From assembly GCA_020632655.1 (NCBI GenBank), contig JACKFD010000001.1, positions 611,492 through 675,491 on the forward strand: 64,000 bases of DNA. Direction: 5' to 3'. This stretch comes from Spirochaetaceae bacterium. GTDB taxonomy: Bacteria > Myxococcota_A > UBA9160 > UBA4427. Position numbers and translations under genes: made by a program. Below the pieces are notes generated by a model. It ran no database searches. It had not been told where the DNA came from and was given only the letters and a program-made list of their open reading frames with translations. Position 1 is the first letter of the stretch. The number at the start of each line of letters is the position of its first letter. Below, in pieces: positions 35,104 through 43,940 of the stretch.

Positions 35104-38040
35104 TCAGCTCCGTCGGCTGGCCGCGGGCCAGGGCTGACCGACCTGCTCGGGCGTCTGGACCTGTGCATCGAGTGCGAAGAGGCCGACGCCATGGCGTGCC
35201 GTCAGGTGTTCGGTGAGTGTGCGACTCTCGTCGATCGCCATGATGGATTCGAGCAGGCGCATCGACTCCGGGTCCTCCGGCGACAACGCGAAGCCCCGCG
35301 CCGGTCCCACCACCAGATCGACGAGATGGCCCATTCCGCCGAGCACGATCGGCTCGAATCGCTCGAGGAGTCGATCGGCGGGCTCCGGCTCGTGTCGGCT
35401 CGCACCGCCGTCGTCGCCGCGATGCGGGATCACGCAGAGCCCGTCCGCCGCGATCAGCGAGTCCGGCAACACGGACCAGAGCTCCTCGAGGCGGATCAGC
35501 GTCGAGGCCGAGAGCTGGAGCGGCCCGGATCCCACCCGCCCGGCGAAGAGCAGGAGCGCGCCCCCGCGCATCGCCGTCTCGCAGTGATCGAGGATGCGAT
35601 CGAGCTCCGGCTGACCTTCCAGGGCGTCGCTCAGCAGGATCGCGTGGCAGGGAGCGTCGGCGCGCCAGACGTCGAGGTCGCCGGTCACGACCTCGATGAT
35701 CTCGCCGAGCCCGGCGAGCTCGATCTTCTGGCGTCGCGCGTCGGCGCAGGCCGGGTCGCGATCGAGCACCTCGAGCCGGACCGATTCCCGCCCGAGCGCG
35801 TGCAGCGCCTGGACGAGGCGTACCTCCGCCTCCGGCAGGCTCCCGCCGAGGCTGCGTAGATAGACGAACTCGGGGCCCGGCGTGCCGAGCCAGACTTCGA
35901 GCCGTTCCGCCAGGTAGGCGTGGACGGAGACCAGCTCCGGCTGACCGGCGATCTCCCCGAAGCATCGATCGCGCCAGCTGGACAGGATCGGCGGGATGCG
36001 GGCCGGCGCCGCGAGGATCGGCTCGGCCGGCGGCGTGTCCGGCGTCGCGTCGCGTTCGATCGGCGCATCGTCGAGCGTCTCGGTCACGTCCACGTCGAAG
36101 TCGTCGTCGCACGCGTTCTGCGCGTGCGGCGCGGCGGACGTCACGTCCTCCGCCGCGGGCTTCGCGTCGTCGATCGGCTTCGTCTCGGGCGCTCGCACCG
36201 GCGCGTCGACGGGCGGCCGGGCCGGCATCGATTCGGGTCCGGGCAGCGACTTCGACGCGCCGACCGAGGCGCTCCCGGCGCGGTCGTCGGCGTCGTCGTC
36301 CGGCTCGGGCGCGGCGTCCGTCGCATCGACCGCCGCGGGCGTCGGCGCCGGGCTCGGGGCGCGCGGCGTGCGCGCGGGCCGGGTGCGCGAGGTCGGATGG
36401 ACGAGCGTGCGCTGGGAGACCGGTCGCATCGGGTCGCTGCGGGCGGGGCTCGGCGGCGCGAGCGAGATCTCGCCGATCCCACGTCCCATCGCCTGCTCGA
36501 TCCGGCCGAGCGTCTCGGTCAGGGTCGCGATGCGCACCTCGCGCCGCTCGACCCGGGCCTGCAGCTGTTCGAGGTCGAGCTGACGACGCTCGAGCTCCGT
36601 CTCGAGGGACTCGGTGCGATGGCCGACCTGGTCGAGTCGTTCGCGCAGGTCGAGGATCTGCGCGTCCCGCGTGGCGAGTCCCCGGCGCATGACGGCGAGA
36701 TGCTCCTCGCGGGCGGTGATCTCGAGGTCGCGCGCGGAGAGGGTCTCCTCGAGTGCGGCCTGTGTGCTGCGCAGCTCGTTGTTCTCCGCCTGCAGGCGGG
36801 CGGCGAGGGCGAGCACCTCGCGGTGCTGCTCGAGGGCCTCGGCGAGCTGTCCGTCGTGATCCTCGAGCCGGGCCTCGAGCTCGGCGGCGCGATCGGCGTG
36901 GTGGTCGATCTCGTGCTGGCGATCCTCGATGCGCGCCTGTGCGATCGCGAGGTCGGTCTCGGTCGCCGACAGCCGGCTGGCGAGTCGGGCCTGATCCTCG
37001 AGCGCGTCCTCGAGCCGACCGCGGAGACCGACGACCTCGGCACGCAGCGCGCGTTCGCCCTCCGGAAGCGGGATCAGCGCGCCGCGGGCCGCCTTCAGCG
37101 AGGCCTCGAGCTTCTCGGCGCGACCCTGGGCCTGGACGAGCTGGCCGCTGGTCGCGGCGAGCTGGTCGATCAGCTGGTCGCGCTCGATGCCCAGGGTGTC
37201 GATCTCGCTGCGCAGGCGCTCCTCGATCTTGTCGAGCTCCGCACGCGGGATGGCGTCGGGATCACGCTTTGCCGCTGCGGCACGCAGATCCTCGACCTCC
37301 GATCCGCTCGCCTCGACGGCTGCCAGGAGCGACGCGCAGCGCGTGCGGAGTGCTTCGACCTCGGCGCGCAGCGCAGCCACTTCGGGCGCGCTCGTCCCCG
37401 AGCCGGCGGGCTCGGCGTGGGTCGCCGCGATGGCCTCCCGCGCGAGGACCTCGTCCGCCCGCTCGGAGAGCGTGGTCTGCATGCCCTCCTTGGCGGGGCG
37501 CGGCGCGACCTCCTCCCACTCGCGCGCGTCGGCGTCTTCGCTGGCCTCGGCCGGCGCCGCCATCGGCGCTTCGACCCGGGGCGGTTCGGCCGGCGCGGTC
37601 TCGGCAATGGCCCTGGCGTCGTCCTCGTCCTCGTCTTCCCGATCCGTCGGCGCGTCGGCCGCATCGGACTTCGCTTCGTGTACGTCTTCGGCTTCGTCGT
37701 CGGATGCCGCGTCGACCTCGTCGTCGGCCGCCCGGTCCTCGCCGTCCTCGTCATCCGCGTCGTCTGCTTCATCCCCGTCGTCGTCGAATGCGGACGCGTC
37801 CGCGCTCTGGAGCTCCGCCTCGGGCTCCTTCTTCGAGGCGGTCCTGGCGGGCGGCGGCGCCTCTTCCTCGTCCTCGGCCGAGTCGGCTCCGGGGCTCCCG
37901 TCGCTGCCGAAGCCCATCTGCCGCGCGAAGTCGAGCTCCTCCGCGGACAGGGTCGACGTGTCGACCCGGAACGAGTTGTCCAGGCCGGGTCCGTCGTCGC
38001 CGTCGGTCCCTTCGTGCTGGTCGTGGTCGGCGTCGGACAT
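35104..38040 (-). CDS. Large acidic / coiled-coil protein with a C-terminal class-I SAM-methyltransferase-like domain
   Basis: ~980 aa. An N-terminal ~220 aa that is very Asp/Glu-rich. ~300 aa of heptad-like coiled coil (LRAEVEALR...LEQLQARVERREVRIATL). A Pro/Ala linker. A C-terminal Rossmann-like pattern: YLRSLGGSLPE / RLEVLDRD / VVTGDLDVW...HAILLSDALE / MRGGALLLFA. Confidence 0.6.
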   Translation of the reverse strand: MSDADHDQHEGTDGDDGPGLDNSFRVDTSTLSAEELDFARQMGFGSDGSPGADSAEDEEEAPPPARTASKKEPEAELQSADASAFDDDGDEADDADDEDGEDRAADDEVDAASDDEAEDVHEAKSDAADAPTDREDEDEDDARAIAETAPAEPPRVEAPMAAPAEASEDADAREWEEVAPRPAKEGMQTTLSERADEVLAREAIAATHAEPAGSGTSAPEVAALRAEVEALRTRCASLLAAVEASGSEVEDLRAAAAKRDPDAIPRAELDKIEERLRSEIDTLGIERDQLIDQLAATSGQLVQAQGRAEKLEASLKAARGALIPLPEGERALRAEVVGLRGRLEDALEDQARLASRLSATETDLAIAQARIEDRQHEIDHHADRAAELEARLEDHDGQLAEALEQHREVLALAARLQAENNELRSTQAALEETLSARDLEITAREEHLAVMRRGLATRDAQILDLRERLDQVGHRTESLETELERRQLDLEQLQARVERREVRIATLTETLGRIEQAMGRGIGEISLAPPSPARSDPMRPVSQRTLVHPTSRTRPARTPRAPSPAPTPAAVDATDAAPEPDDDADDRAGSASVGASKSLPGPESMPARPPVDAPVRAPETKPIDDAKPAAEDVTSAAPHAQNACDDDFDVDVTETLDDAPIERDATPDTPPAEPILAAPARIPPILSSWRDRCFGEIAGQPELVSVHAYLAERLEVWLGTPGPEFVYLRSLGGSLPEAEVRLVQALHALGRESVRLEVLDRDPACADARRQKIELAGLGEIIEVVTGDLDVWRADAPCHAILLSDALEGQPELDRILDHCETAMRGGALLLFAGRVGSGPLQLSASTLIRLEELWSVLPDSLIAADGLCVIPHRGDDGGASRHEPEPADRLLERFEPIVLGGMGHLVDLVVGPARGFALSPEDPESMRLLESIMAIDESRTLTEHLTARHGVGLFALDAQVQTPEQVGQPWPAASRRS

Positions 38041-38218
38041 GGATGTGTCCCGCAGGCGGGGTTCCCTCCGGCCTTGCGCATCGGTTGCGGTCGGGAGCGG
38101 CTTGACGCGCGACTGGGTCCCGGCGCACAAAGCGAGGCTTCGCCCGACCGCGGATCGGGTGAATCACGGAGACATTCGTCGGGTGTTAGTCGAGGTCTCG
38201 TCGTGGGGCGAGCGCGGG

Positions 38219-39724
38219 CTAGGCGCGGCCGACCTGCGGTCGGCGGCGGGGCGGTCCGCTCGCGATGCGATCGGCCATGCTGCGCACCATGCGTACGGCG
38301 ACGGCGGGGTTGCAGGTCACGAGCTGCTCGAGCTCGGCCTCGTTGAAGAGGCAGCACCACGTGATGCCCCGTGCGCGAAGCGTCGCGTGCCGTCGCGCTC
38401 CGGTGAGCGTGGAGATCGCTCCGAGGAAGGTGCCTTCGCGCGTCTCGACGGCGACGGCTCGATCGTCGATCTCGACCTCCACCGCGCCACGCAGCAGGAG
38501 CACCGTGTGCTGGGCGGCGTCGTTCACGTTCGCGATCGTCTCGCCGTCGGCGTACTTCACGAAGTAGCGGTCGAAGCCCGGACCGCGGCAGATCGAGGCC
38601 CAGAGCGGGTCGACCAGGGTGTCGATGATCCGCGCGATCTCGCCGGGATCGGCCTGACTGCGGCGGGCCGACGCGATCGTGGCCGTGTCGAGACCGAAGC
38701 CGCTCGCGATCGCGCGGATGCGGGCGAGCACCTCGCCCGTGCCGCCCGGTCGCCGGCTCGGGTCGATGTAGAGCAGGCCCATCACGATCTCTTCGAGCGG
38801 CGGCGGGCAGTCGAGGGCGACGTCGGAGAGGTTCTTCAAGCCGAAGATGTTGCCCTGCTCGCGGGTGCGCAGGACGTCGTGACGCTTGTTGAGGTCGATG
38901 CCCGTGAAGAGCGCCCAGGCGGTCGCCCCCACGCCCCAGAGATCCGTACGGAGATCGAAGTTCTGGACCTTGGCGGTCGCCTGCTCCGGCGCGCGGTAGC
39001 CATGGGTGCCGAGCCCGATCGAGAGTCGCCCCTGATGCAGCAGGCCCTTCGACATGCGCGAGGAGTGGGAGACGCCGAAGTCCGTGAGGACGTAGCCACC
39101 ATTGCCGTCGAGCAGCACGTTCGAAGGCTTGACGTCGAGGTGCAGGATCGAGGCGCGATGGGCGGCGCCGAGGGCCTGCATGAGGTCGGAGAGCAGACGC
39201 CAGGTCTGCTCGGCCGAGAGACGTCCCAGGAAGGGCCAGGCATCGGCGAGACTGCCGGCCGGGAAGTACTGGATCGCGGCGAAGGTCGTGTCGCCGTCGA
39301 TGCTCCAGTCGTAGAGCTTGGGGATCCGGTCGTGGTGTACGGCGAGCAGCGCCGCCAGCTCACGCTTCAGCGAGTTCCGCGCCTGCGGATCGTCGGGGCG
39401 CGCCATGACCTTCAGGGCCACGAGCTTGGGCGGACGACCATCGCTCCCGTCGCCGCTCGAGTCGAGGCAGCGCGCCAGGAAGACCGAGCCGAAGCCCCCG
39501 CGTCCGAGGCGTCGCAGCAATCGGTAGCGGTAGCGGGCCTTGAGCTCGTCGCCGGGCTGCAGGGCGCGCAGGCCCGACGGGCTCTCCTGACTCTGGCCGC
39601 CGGCGGTCGCCGTGCAGTCGAGCGTGCGATCCTCTCCCACCGCATCGGGCTCGGCCTCGAGCACGATCGTCCGGGACGCTCCGCTATGGGAACGACGACG
39701 ATTGGAACCGGAAGGGGCGCCCAA
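38219..39724 (-). CDS. Ser/Thr protein kinase fused to a C-terminal cyclic-nucleotide-binding domain
   Basis: G-loop LGRGGFGSV, VALKV Lys, catalytic loop HLDVKPSNVLL (non-RD), DFG, GYRAPE. The C-terminal cNMP-binding beta-barrel is FVKYADGETIANVNDAAQHTVLLLRGAVEVE...FLGAISTLTG.RRHATLRA. Confidence 0.85.
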   Translation of the reverse strand: MGAPSGSNRRRSHSGASRTIVLEAEPDAVGEDRTLDCTATAGGQSQESPSGLRALQPGDELKARYRYRLLRRLGRGGFGSVFLARCLDSSGDGSDGRPPKLVALKVMARPDDPQARNSLKRELAALLAVHHDRIPKLYDWSIDGDTTFAAIQYFPAGSLADAWPFLGRLSAEQTWRLLSDLMQALGAAHRASILHLDVKPSNVLLDGNGGYVLTDFGVSHSSRMSKGLLHQGRLSIGLGTHGYRAPEQATAKVQNFDLRTDLWGVGATAWALFTGIDLNKRHDVLRTREQGNIFGLKNLSDVALDCPPPLEEIVMGLLYIDPSRRPGGTGEVLARIRAIASGFGLDTATIASARRSQADPGEIARIIDTLVDPLWASICRGPGFDRYFVKYADGETIANVNDAAQHTVLLLRGAVEVEIDDRAVAVETREGTFLGAISTLTGARRHATLRARGITWCCLFNEAELEQLVTCNPAVAVRMVRSMADRIASGPPRRRPQVGRA

Positions 39725-39828
39725 GGGGTCTCCGTCCGCGGGCCGTCGGGCGGGCCTGCGTGTCGAGACGCCTTATCGGTCGCGGATGGGGGAAGCCGCA
39801 GGGCATTCGCGAGCGGCTGCTGCGGCGT

Positions 39829-40158
39829 TCAGGAGGGCTTGCCGTCGTCCTGCTGCTTGCTTGCCTCCGCCTGCTCCTCGCGGAACTCCTTGATGCCGCG
39901 CGGAACGAGCCAGAGACAGATCGGGATCATGATGCCGAACATGATCCGGTTGAAGCCCTGGTGCTCGAGCATGTCGGGGTCGGTCGTCAGGAAGCCGTCG
40001 TACCCGAACCAGAGCGCGAAGGCGACCAGCAGCACGGGCAGGAAGAGTGGATGGTAGAGCGGGTTGGGCGGCGGGCCCCGTCGCTCGGCGCGCTCCGAGG
40101 CACGGGGATCGCGTTCCGGCGGCGGGGCGGATTGGTCCTGCGACATGCGCCCGAGCAT
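39829..40158 (-). CDS. Small 2-TM membrane protein, hypothetical
   Basis: 109 aa with two hydrophobic helices (LFLPVLLVAFALWFGY; IMFGIMIPICLWLV) and GC-rich third positions. It lies upstream of, and co-oriented with, the kinase gene. Confidence 0.5.
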   Translation of the reverse strand: MLGRMSQDQSAPPPERDPRASERAERRGPPPNPLYHPLFLPVLLVAFALWFGYDGFLTTDPDMLEHQGFNRIMFGIMIPICLWLVPRGIKEFREEQAEASKQQDDGKPS

Positions 40159-40251
40159 AGCGCCGTCGCGCGCCGCCGAGCCATGCTTCGCTGCTTGCCG
40201 CCACGCGAGCCGGGTGTCACGTTCCGCGCGGTGACTGCGACCGGAGGTTCC

Positions 40252-40746
40252 TTGTCGAAGCCGAGCGACTACATCACCCGTGCGGGCTTTCTCTCGCTCC
40301 GCTCCGAGCTCGACTGGCTGTGGAAGGAGGAGCGTCCGAAGGTGACCGAGGCGGTCGCGACCGCTGCCGCCCTCGGTGATCGGTCCGAGAACGCGGACTA
40401 CATCTACGGCAAGAAGCGGCTGCGCGAGATCGATCGCCGCATCCGCTTCCTGACCAAGCGCCTCGACGAGCTCCAGGTGGTGGATCCCGGACCGCGACAG
40501 GATCCCGACCGGGTCTACTTCGGCGCCCGGGTCACGCTCGAGGACGAGGAGGGGGCGACGGTCCGCTATCAGCTCGTCGGGCCCGACGAGTTCGACGCCG
40601 CGGCGGGGCGCATCAGCGTCGACTCCCCGGTCGGCCGTGCGCTGATGGGGCGTCGGCTCGGGGACGAGGTCGTCGTCCGCCGGCCGCGGGGCGAGATCGT
40701 CTACTCGATCGAGGCGATCGACTACGACGAACGGGAGATGCGCTGA
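40252..40746 (+). CDS. greB: Transcription elongation factor GreB
   Basis: ITRAGFLSLRSELDWLWKEERPKVTEAVATAAALGDRSENADYIYGKKRLREIDRRIRFL closely parallels E. coli GreB. TTG at 40252 after GGAGG (alternative GTG at 40231). Confidence 0.85.
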   Translation: MSKPSDYITRAGFLSLRSELDWLWKEERPKVTEAVATAAALGDRSENADYIYGKKRLREIDRRIRFLTKRLDELQVVDPGPRQDPDRVYFGARVTLEDEEGATVRYQLVGPDEFDAAAGRISVDSPVGRALMGRRLGDEVVVRRPRGEIVYSIEAIDYDEREMR

Positions 40747-40798
40747 GCGGGCACGCCGGGGACGGCGCGCGCTCGGGGCATCGTGGTAGGCTCGCGCC

Positions 40799-41389
40799 GT
40801 GTCGGACGCGTCGCTCTGGATCTTCGGCTACGGCTCGCTCGTCTGGCGTCCGGCCTTTGCCCATCGCCGCGCGGTGCCCGCCTCGATCGAGGGCTGGGCC
40901 CGGCGTTTCTGGCAGGGATCGACGGACCATCGCGGCCTGCCCGACCGCCCCGGCCGCGTCGTCACGCTCCTGCCCCGGGCGCATCCGATGCTCTCGCGCT
41001 GTCCCCACCCGCCGGAGCCCTGTTGGGGTACGGCCTACGAGGTCGAGGCGGCGGCCGCCGACGCCGTGCTGGCCGGGCTCGACCATCGCGAGCGCGGGGG
41101 CTACGCGCGCCTCGAGATCGAGATCCGCCTCACAGGGCACCCACCGCGGACCGTGCCGGGCCTGGTCTACGTCGCGACACCCGAGAATCCGGAGTTCCTC
41201 GGTCCCGCGAGCCCCGAGGCCATCGCCCGACAGATCGCGACGGCCCGGGGGCCGAGCGGCGCGAACCCGGAGTACGTCTTCGAGCTGGCGCGAAGCCTGA
41301 GGGCGATGGCGGCGCCGGATGGCCACGTCTTCGAGGTCGAGGCAGCGCTGCTCCGGGTGCTCGGGGAGGCGGACGGCCCGCGCGGTTGA
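40799..41389 (+). CDS. ChaC-like gamma-glutamylcyclotransferase
   Basis: The LWIFGYGSLVWRP N-terminal motif and ...GRVVTL...AYEV...ERGGY... pattern of the ChaC family. Confidence 0.8.
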   Translation: MSDASLWIFGYGSLVWRPAFAHRRAVPASIEGWARRFWQGSTDHRGLPDRPGRVVTLLPRAHPMLSRCPHPPEPCWGTAYEVEAAAADAVLAGLDHRERGGYARLEIEIRLTGHPPRTVPGLVYVATPENPEFLGPASPEAIARQIATARGPSGANPEYVFELARSLRAMAAPDGHVFEVEAALLRVLGEADGPRG

Positions 41390-41430
41390 GCGGGCCGGAT
41401 GGGGGATTCAGGCGGGGAGCCGGGGGGACG

Positions 41431-42402
41431 ATGGACCGGGGCATGCTGCTCGATCTCGCCTTCCTGATCCTGCTCGTGGGGCTCGCCGCGCTCGGAGCGT
41501 GGCGGGGTGCCATCCCGAGTGGCTCGGGCCTGCTCGCCATGATCGCCGGCTACGCCGGGGCGATCGTGGCCGCCAGCCTGGGCGCGGGCTGGGTTGCGGA
41601 GACGCTGGTCGTCTCGCCGTGGATCGCGCCGGCGATCGCGGGCACGATCGGCTTCGCGGTCGCCTACCTGGTGGCGAGCGCGGCGGCGGACGTCGCGGTC
41701 GCCTGGGATCGGGCGCGGGTCGAGCGCGGTGGACGCGGCGCCGTCGACCGCGGATTCGGAGGGCTCTTCGGGCTCGCGCGCGGCGCGCTGCTCGTGGTGC
41801 TGCTCGCGATCGGCACGAGCTGGCTCGACGCCGCCCGGGATCTCGGGGTCGTCGAGGGTCTCTCGGGCGTGCCGGAGACCGACGGGTCGAGCGTGGCGCG
41901 GGCCTCTGGCGATCTCGTCGAGGCGGCGGTCTCGACGGCGCTCGCCGATGCGGGGCCGGCGGCCGAGGTCGCGGCGCGCATCACCGCCCGGCCCGGTCGC
42001 ACGCTCGGCAGCATGCAGGGGCTGCTCGAGGACGAGCGCTTCTCGGGACTCTTCGAGGACGCGATGGTCTGGACCCTGATCCAGAACGGGTCGATCGACT
42101 ACGCCATGAATCGCGCCTCGGTCCGGTCGATCGTGAACGATCCCGAGATGCGAGGGCGATTCGCCGATCTCGGTCTCGTCGGCGAGGCCGCGCGCGAGGA
42201 TCCGGCGGCGTTTCGCGAGGCGATGTCCGGCGTGCTCGCGGAGGTCGGGCCGCGGGTCGCGCGGCTGCACCAGGACGAGGAGCTGAAGGCGCTGGCGACC
42301 GATCCCGAGATCGTCGAGCTCGTCCAGGCCGGAGACACCCTTGCCCTGATGGGTCATCCCCGGATCCAGCGAATCGTCGCCCGCCTGTCGAGCGACCTCT
42401 AG
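41431..42402 (+). CDS. CvpA-family membrane protein with a soluble C-terminal extension
   Basis: N-terminal 4 TM helices in the CvpA arrangement (LLDLAFLILLVGLAALGAWRG...). ATG at 41431. Confidence 0.65.
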   Translation: MDRGMLLDLAFLILLVGLAALGAWRGAIPSGSGLLAMIAGYAGAIVAASLGAGWVAETLVVSPWIAPAIAGTIGFAVAYLVASAAADVAVAWDRARVERGGRGAVDRGFGGLFGLARGALLVVLLAIGTSWLDAARDLGVVEGLSGVPETDGSSVARASGDLVEAAVSTALADAGPAAEVAARITARPGRTLGSMQGLLEDERFSGLFEDAMVWTLIQNGSIDYAMNRASVRSIVNDPEMRGRFADLGLVGEAAREDPAAFREAMSGVLAEVGPRVARLHQDEELKALATDPEIVELVQAGDTLALMGHPRIQRIVARLSSDL

Positions 42403-42492
42403 AACGACGGGCTGGCCACGCGTCCGAGTGGAGCACGCGGCGCGACCGCTCGATTCGGCGATGGCCCGGCGAGGACACACCGACAACACAGA

Positions 42493-42525
42493 GAGCCCGC
42501 GAACCGGCCGGGGCCGGGCGGGCTC
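42493..42525. terminator. GC-rich hairpin between convergent cvpA and the small ORF/sulfotransferase unit
   Basis: GAGCCCGC ...17 nt... GCGGGCTC with no clear U-tract. Confidence 0.35.
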
Positions 42526-42558
42526 GAGATCCGGCTCGTGCCGACTCGCCGGACGCGC

Positions 42559-42732
42559 CTAGAAGAGCGGCCGGTCGTCGCCGTCCGGCGCGTAGGCCGA
42601 GATCTCACAGCAGAGCGAGATCTCCTGCGCGGACGGTCGCTCGAAGCGGGCCGTGCCGGGGCGGCTCGGGTCGGGTCGGTTCGGGTTCGCGGCGCCGAAG
42701 GACGTCGCGGGTCGCTGGATGCGTTCTTCCAT
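42559..42732 (-). CDS. 57-codon small ORF downstream of the sulfotransferase (candidate modified peptide)
   Basis: MEERIQRPATSFGAANPNRPDPSRPGTARFERPSAQEISLCCEISAYAPDGDDRPLF. About 90% G/C in the third codon position, like the real genes here. It sits 59 bp after the sulfotransferase stop on the same strand, and a hairpin follows. No clear SD, and no homology that I can assert. Confidence 0.35.
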   Translation of the reverse strand: MEERIQRPATSFGAANPNRPDPSRPGTARFERPSAQEISLCCEISAYAPDGDDRPLF

Positions 42733-42791
42733 GACGCGGGGATATAGCACAGCACCGGCGTCGCCCGGCCAGTCCACCGACTCCGCTCGGG

Positions 42792-43817
42792 TCAGCGCAG
42801 CAGGACGTCGCAGACCTCGCGCAGCTTCCGCACCAGCCGGCCGAGGGCGTTGTCCGGGCGGATCCGGCGCCGCACCGCCACGAGCAGCCGTCGCTCGAGG
42901 GCGTAGCGGGTGAGCGGGGGGCGGGGGGCGCGGCGACCGCCCAGGTCGATCGCATCGAGCTCCGCCGCGATGCCCGCGCGCTCGAAGCCCCAGGTCTCGA
43001 GGTCCTCGTCGGCCAGCCGCGCGAGGATCGCTCGGTAGAGCGCCACGCGTTCCGGCCGGCCGGTCGCTGCCCGTGCCCATTTCGACAGGCTGGCCGTCGT
43101 CGGGCGCGTCTCGCGGGAGACGTTGGTCGGGTCGCCGAGTCCGCGGGTCGACTCGCCGCGTGCGTCCGGGGCCTCGCCGTAGTCGACCATGCCCGCGGAC
43201 TCCTCGATGCCCAGGAAGGCGCAGAGCTCCCGGGCATGGCGCTCGGGCTCGCGCACGAGCGCCTCGTAGCGGATCGCGTGGATCGGCACCGGCCGGGTGC
43301 GCAGGAAGCGCGCGATCGCCGGGACGTAGCGCTCGAGCAGCGGATTGTGCTCGTGCGCGACGGCGTCGTCGCCGTCGAAGAAGGAGTCGACGTAGGAGGA
43401 CCAGACGGCCATCGGATGTCGCGTCAGCACGACGTAGCGCGCCTGCGGATAGAGGCGCGCCAGGAAGTCGAGCGAGAGTGCGTAGGCCGGCGTCTTGTCG
43501 AGCAGGAGGGACGCATCGTCTCCTCCGGCCGCGCGTCGGAGGCCCGCGTAGATCGCGTCCGTGTACGCGCGCAGCGCGTCGAGGTAGGCCGCCTCGCCGC
43601 CGGGCAGGGCGGCGACCAGCGCCCGCGCGGCCGTGCGCGTGATGACGGGATCGTAGGGGGCGCGCTCGACGCTCTCGAAGTAGCCGAGGTGCGCGATGGG
43701 CGTGATCAGGTGCGGCTCTTCGGGCGCGACGATCGCCGGGTGCGCGCCGAGCATGCGGCTCAGCATCGTCGAGCCCGAGCGCGGCGATCCGATCAGAAAG
43801 ACGAGCCGATCCTGCAT
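42792..43817 (-). CDS. Sulfotransferase family protein (TPST/RaxST-like, Sulfotransfer_3-type)
   Basis: The 5'-PSB motif VFLIGSPRSGSTMLSRMLGAHP resembles the tyrosylprotein sulfotransferase GxPRSGTTL motif. A 3'-PB-like region RYVVLTRHP is present. ATG at 43817 (MQDRLVFLIG). Confidence 0.8.
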   Translation of the reverse strand: MQDRLVFLIGSPRSGSTMLSRMLGAHPAIVAPEEPHLITPIAHLGYFESVERAPYDPVITRTAARALVAALPGGEAAYLDALRAYTDAIYAGLRRAAGGDDASLLLDKTPAYALSLDFLARLYPQARYVVLTRHPMAVWSSYVDSFFDGDDAVAHEHNPLLERYVPAIARFLRTRPVPIHAIRYEALVREPERHARELCAFLGIEESAGMVDYGEAPDARGESTRGLGDPTNVSRETRPTTASLSKWARAATGRPERVALYRAILARLADEDLETWGFERAGIAAELDAIDLGGRRAPRPPLTRYALERRLLVAVRRRIRPDNALGRLVRKLREVCDVLLR

Positions 43818-43940
43818 CACGTGCCCTGCGCTCCCCGAGTCGTGTCGGGCGCCGCGCCGGCGCCGCGCCGCCATCGCGGCGGGCTCGCGGGCCGGGACGA
43901 ACGCCGCGGAGCGCGCGAGGATAACAGCGTGCGAGGAGGG

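Noticed and set aside
33238-36112. 873-aa (plus) and 910-aa (minus) ORFs across the sensor and coiled-coil genes
   Set aside because: Both are Arg-dominated low-complexity translations that overlap better-supported frames.
35920-40057. 808-aa and 956-aa plus-strand ORFs antisense to the coiled-coil and kinase genes
   Set aside because: They are Ser/Arg/Ala- or Gly/Arg-rich with no domains. The kinase motifs on the minus strand are unambiguous.
42559-42732. Direct homology of the small ORF to RaxX/plant PSY peptides
   Set aside because: The ANP..DP..R.PG resemblance is short, lies in Pro/Gly/Arg-rich sequence that high GC content produces easily, and the position corresponding to the sulfated Tyr is a Phe. 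It is kept only as a note inside the sulfotransferase finding.
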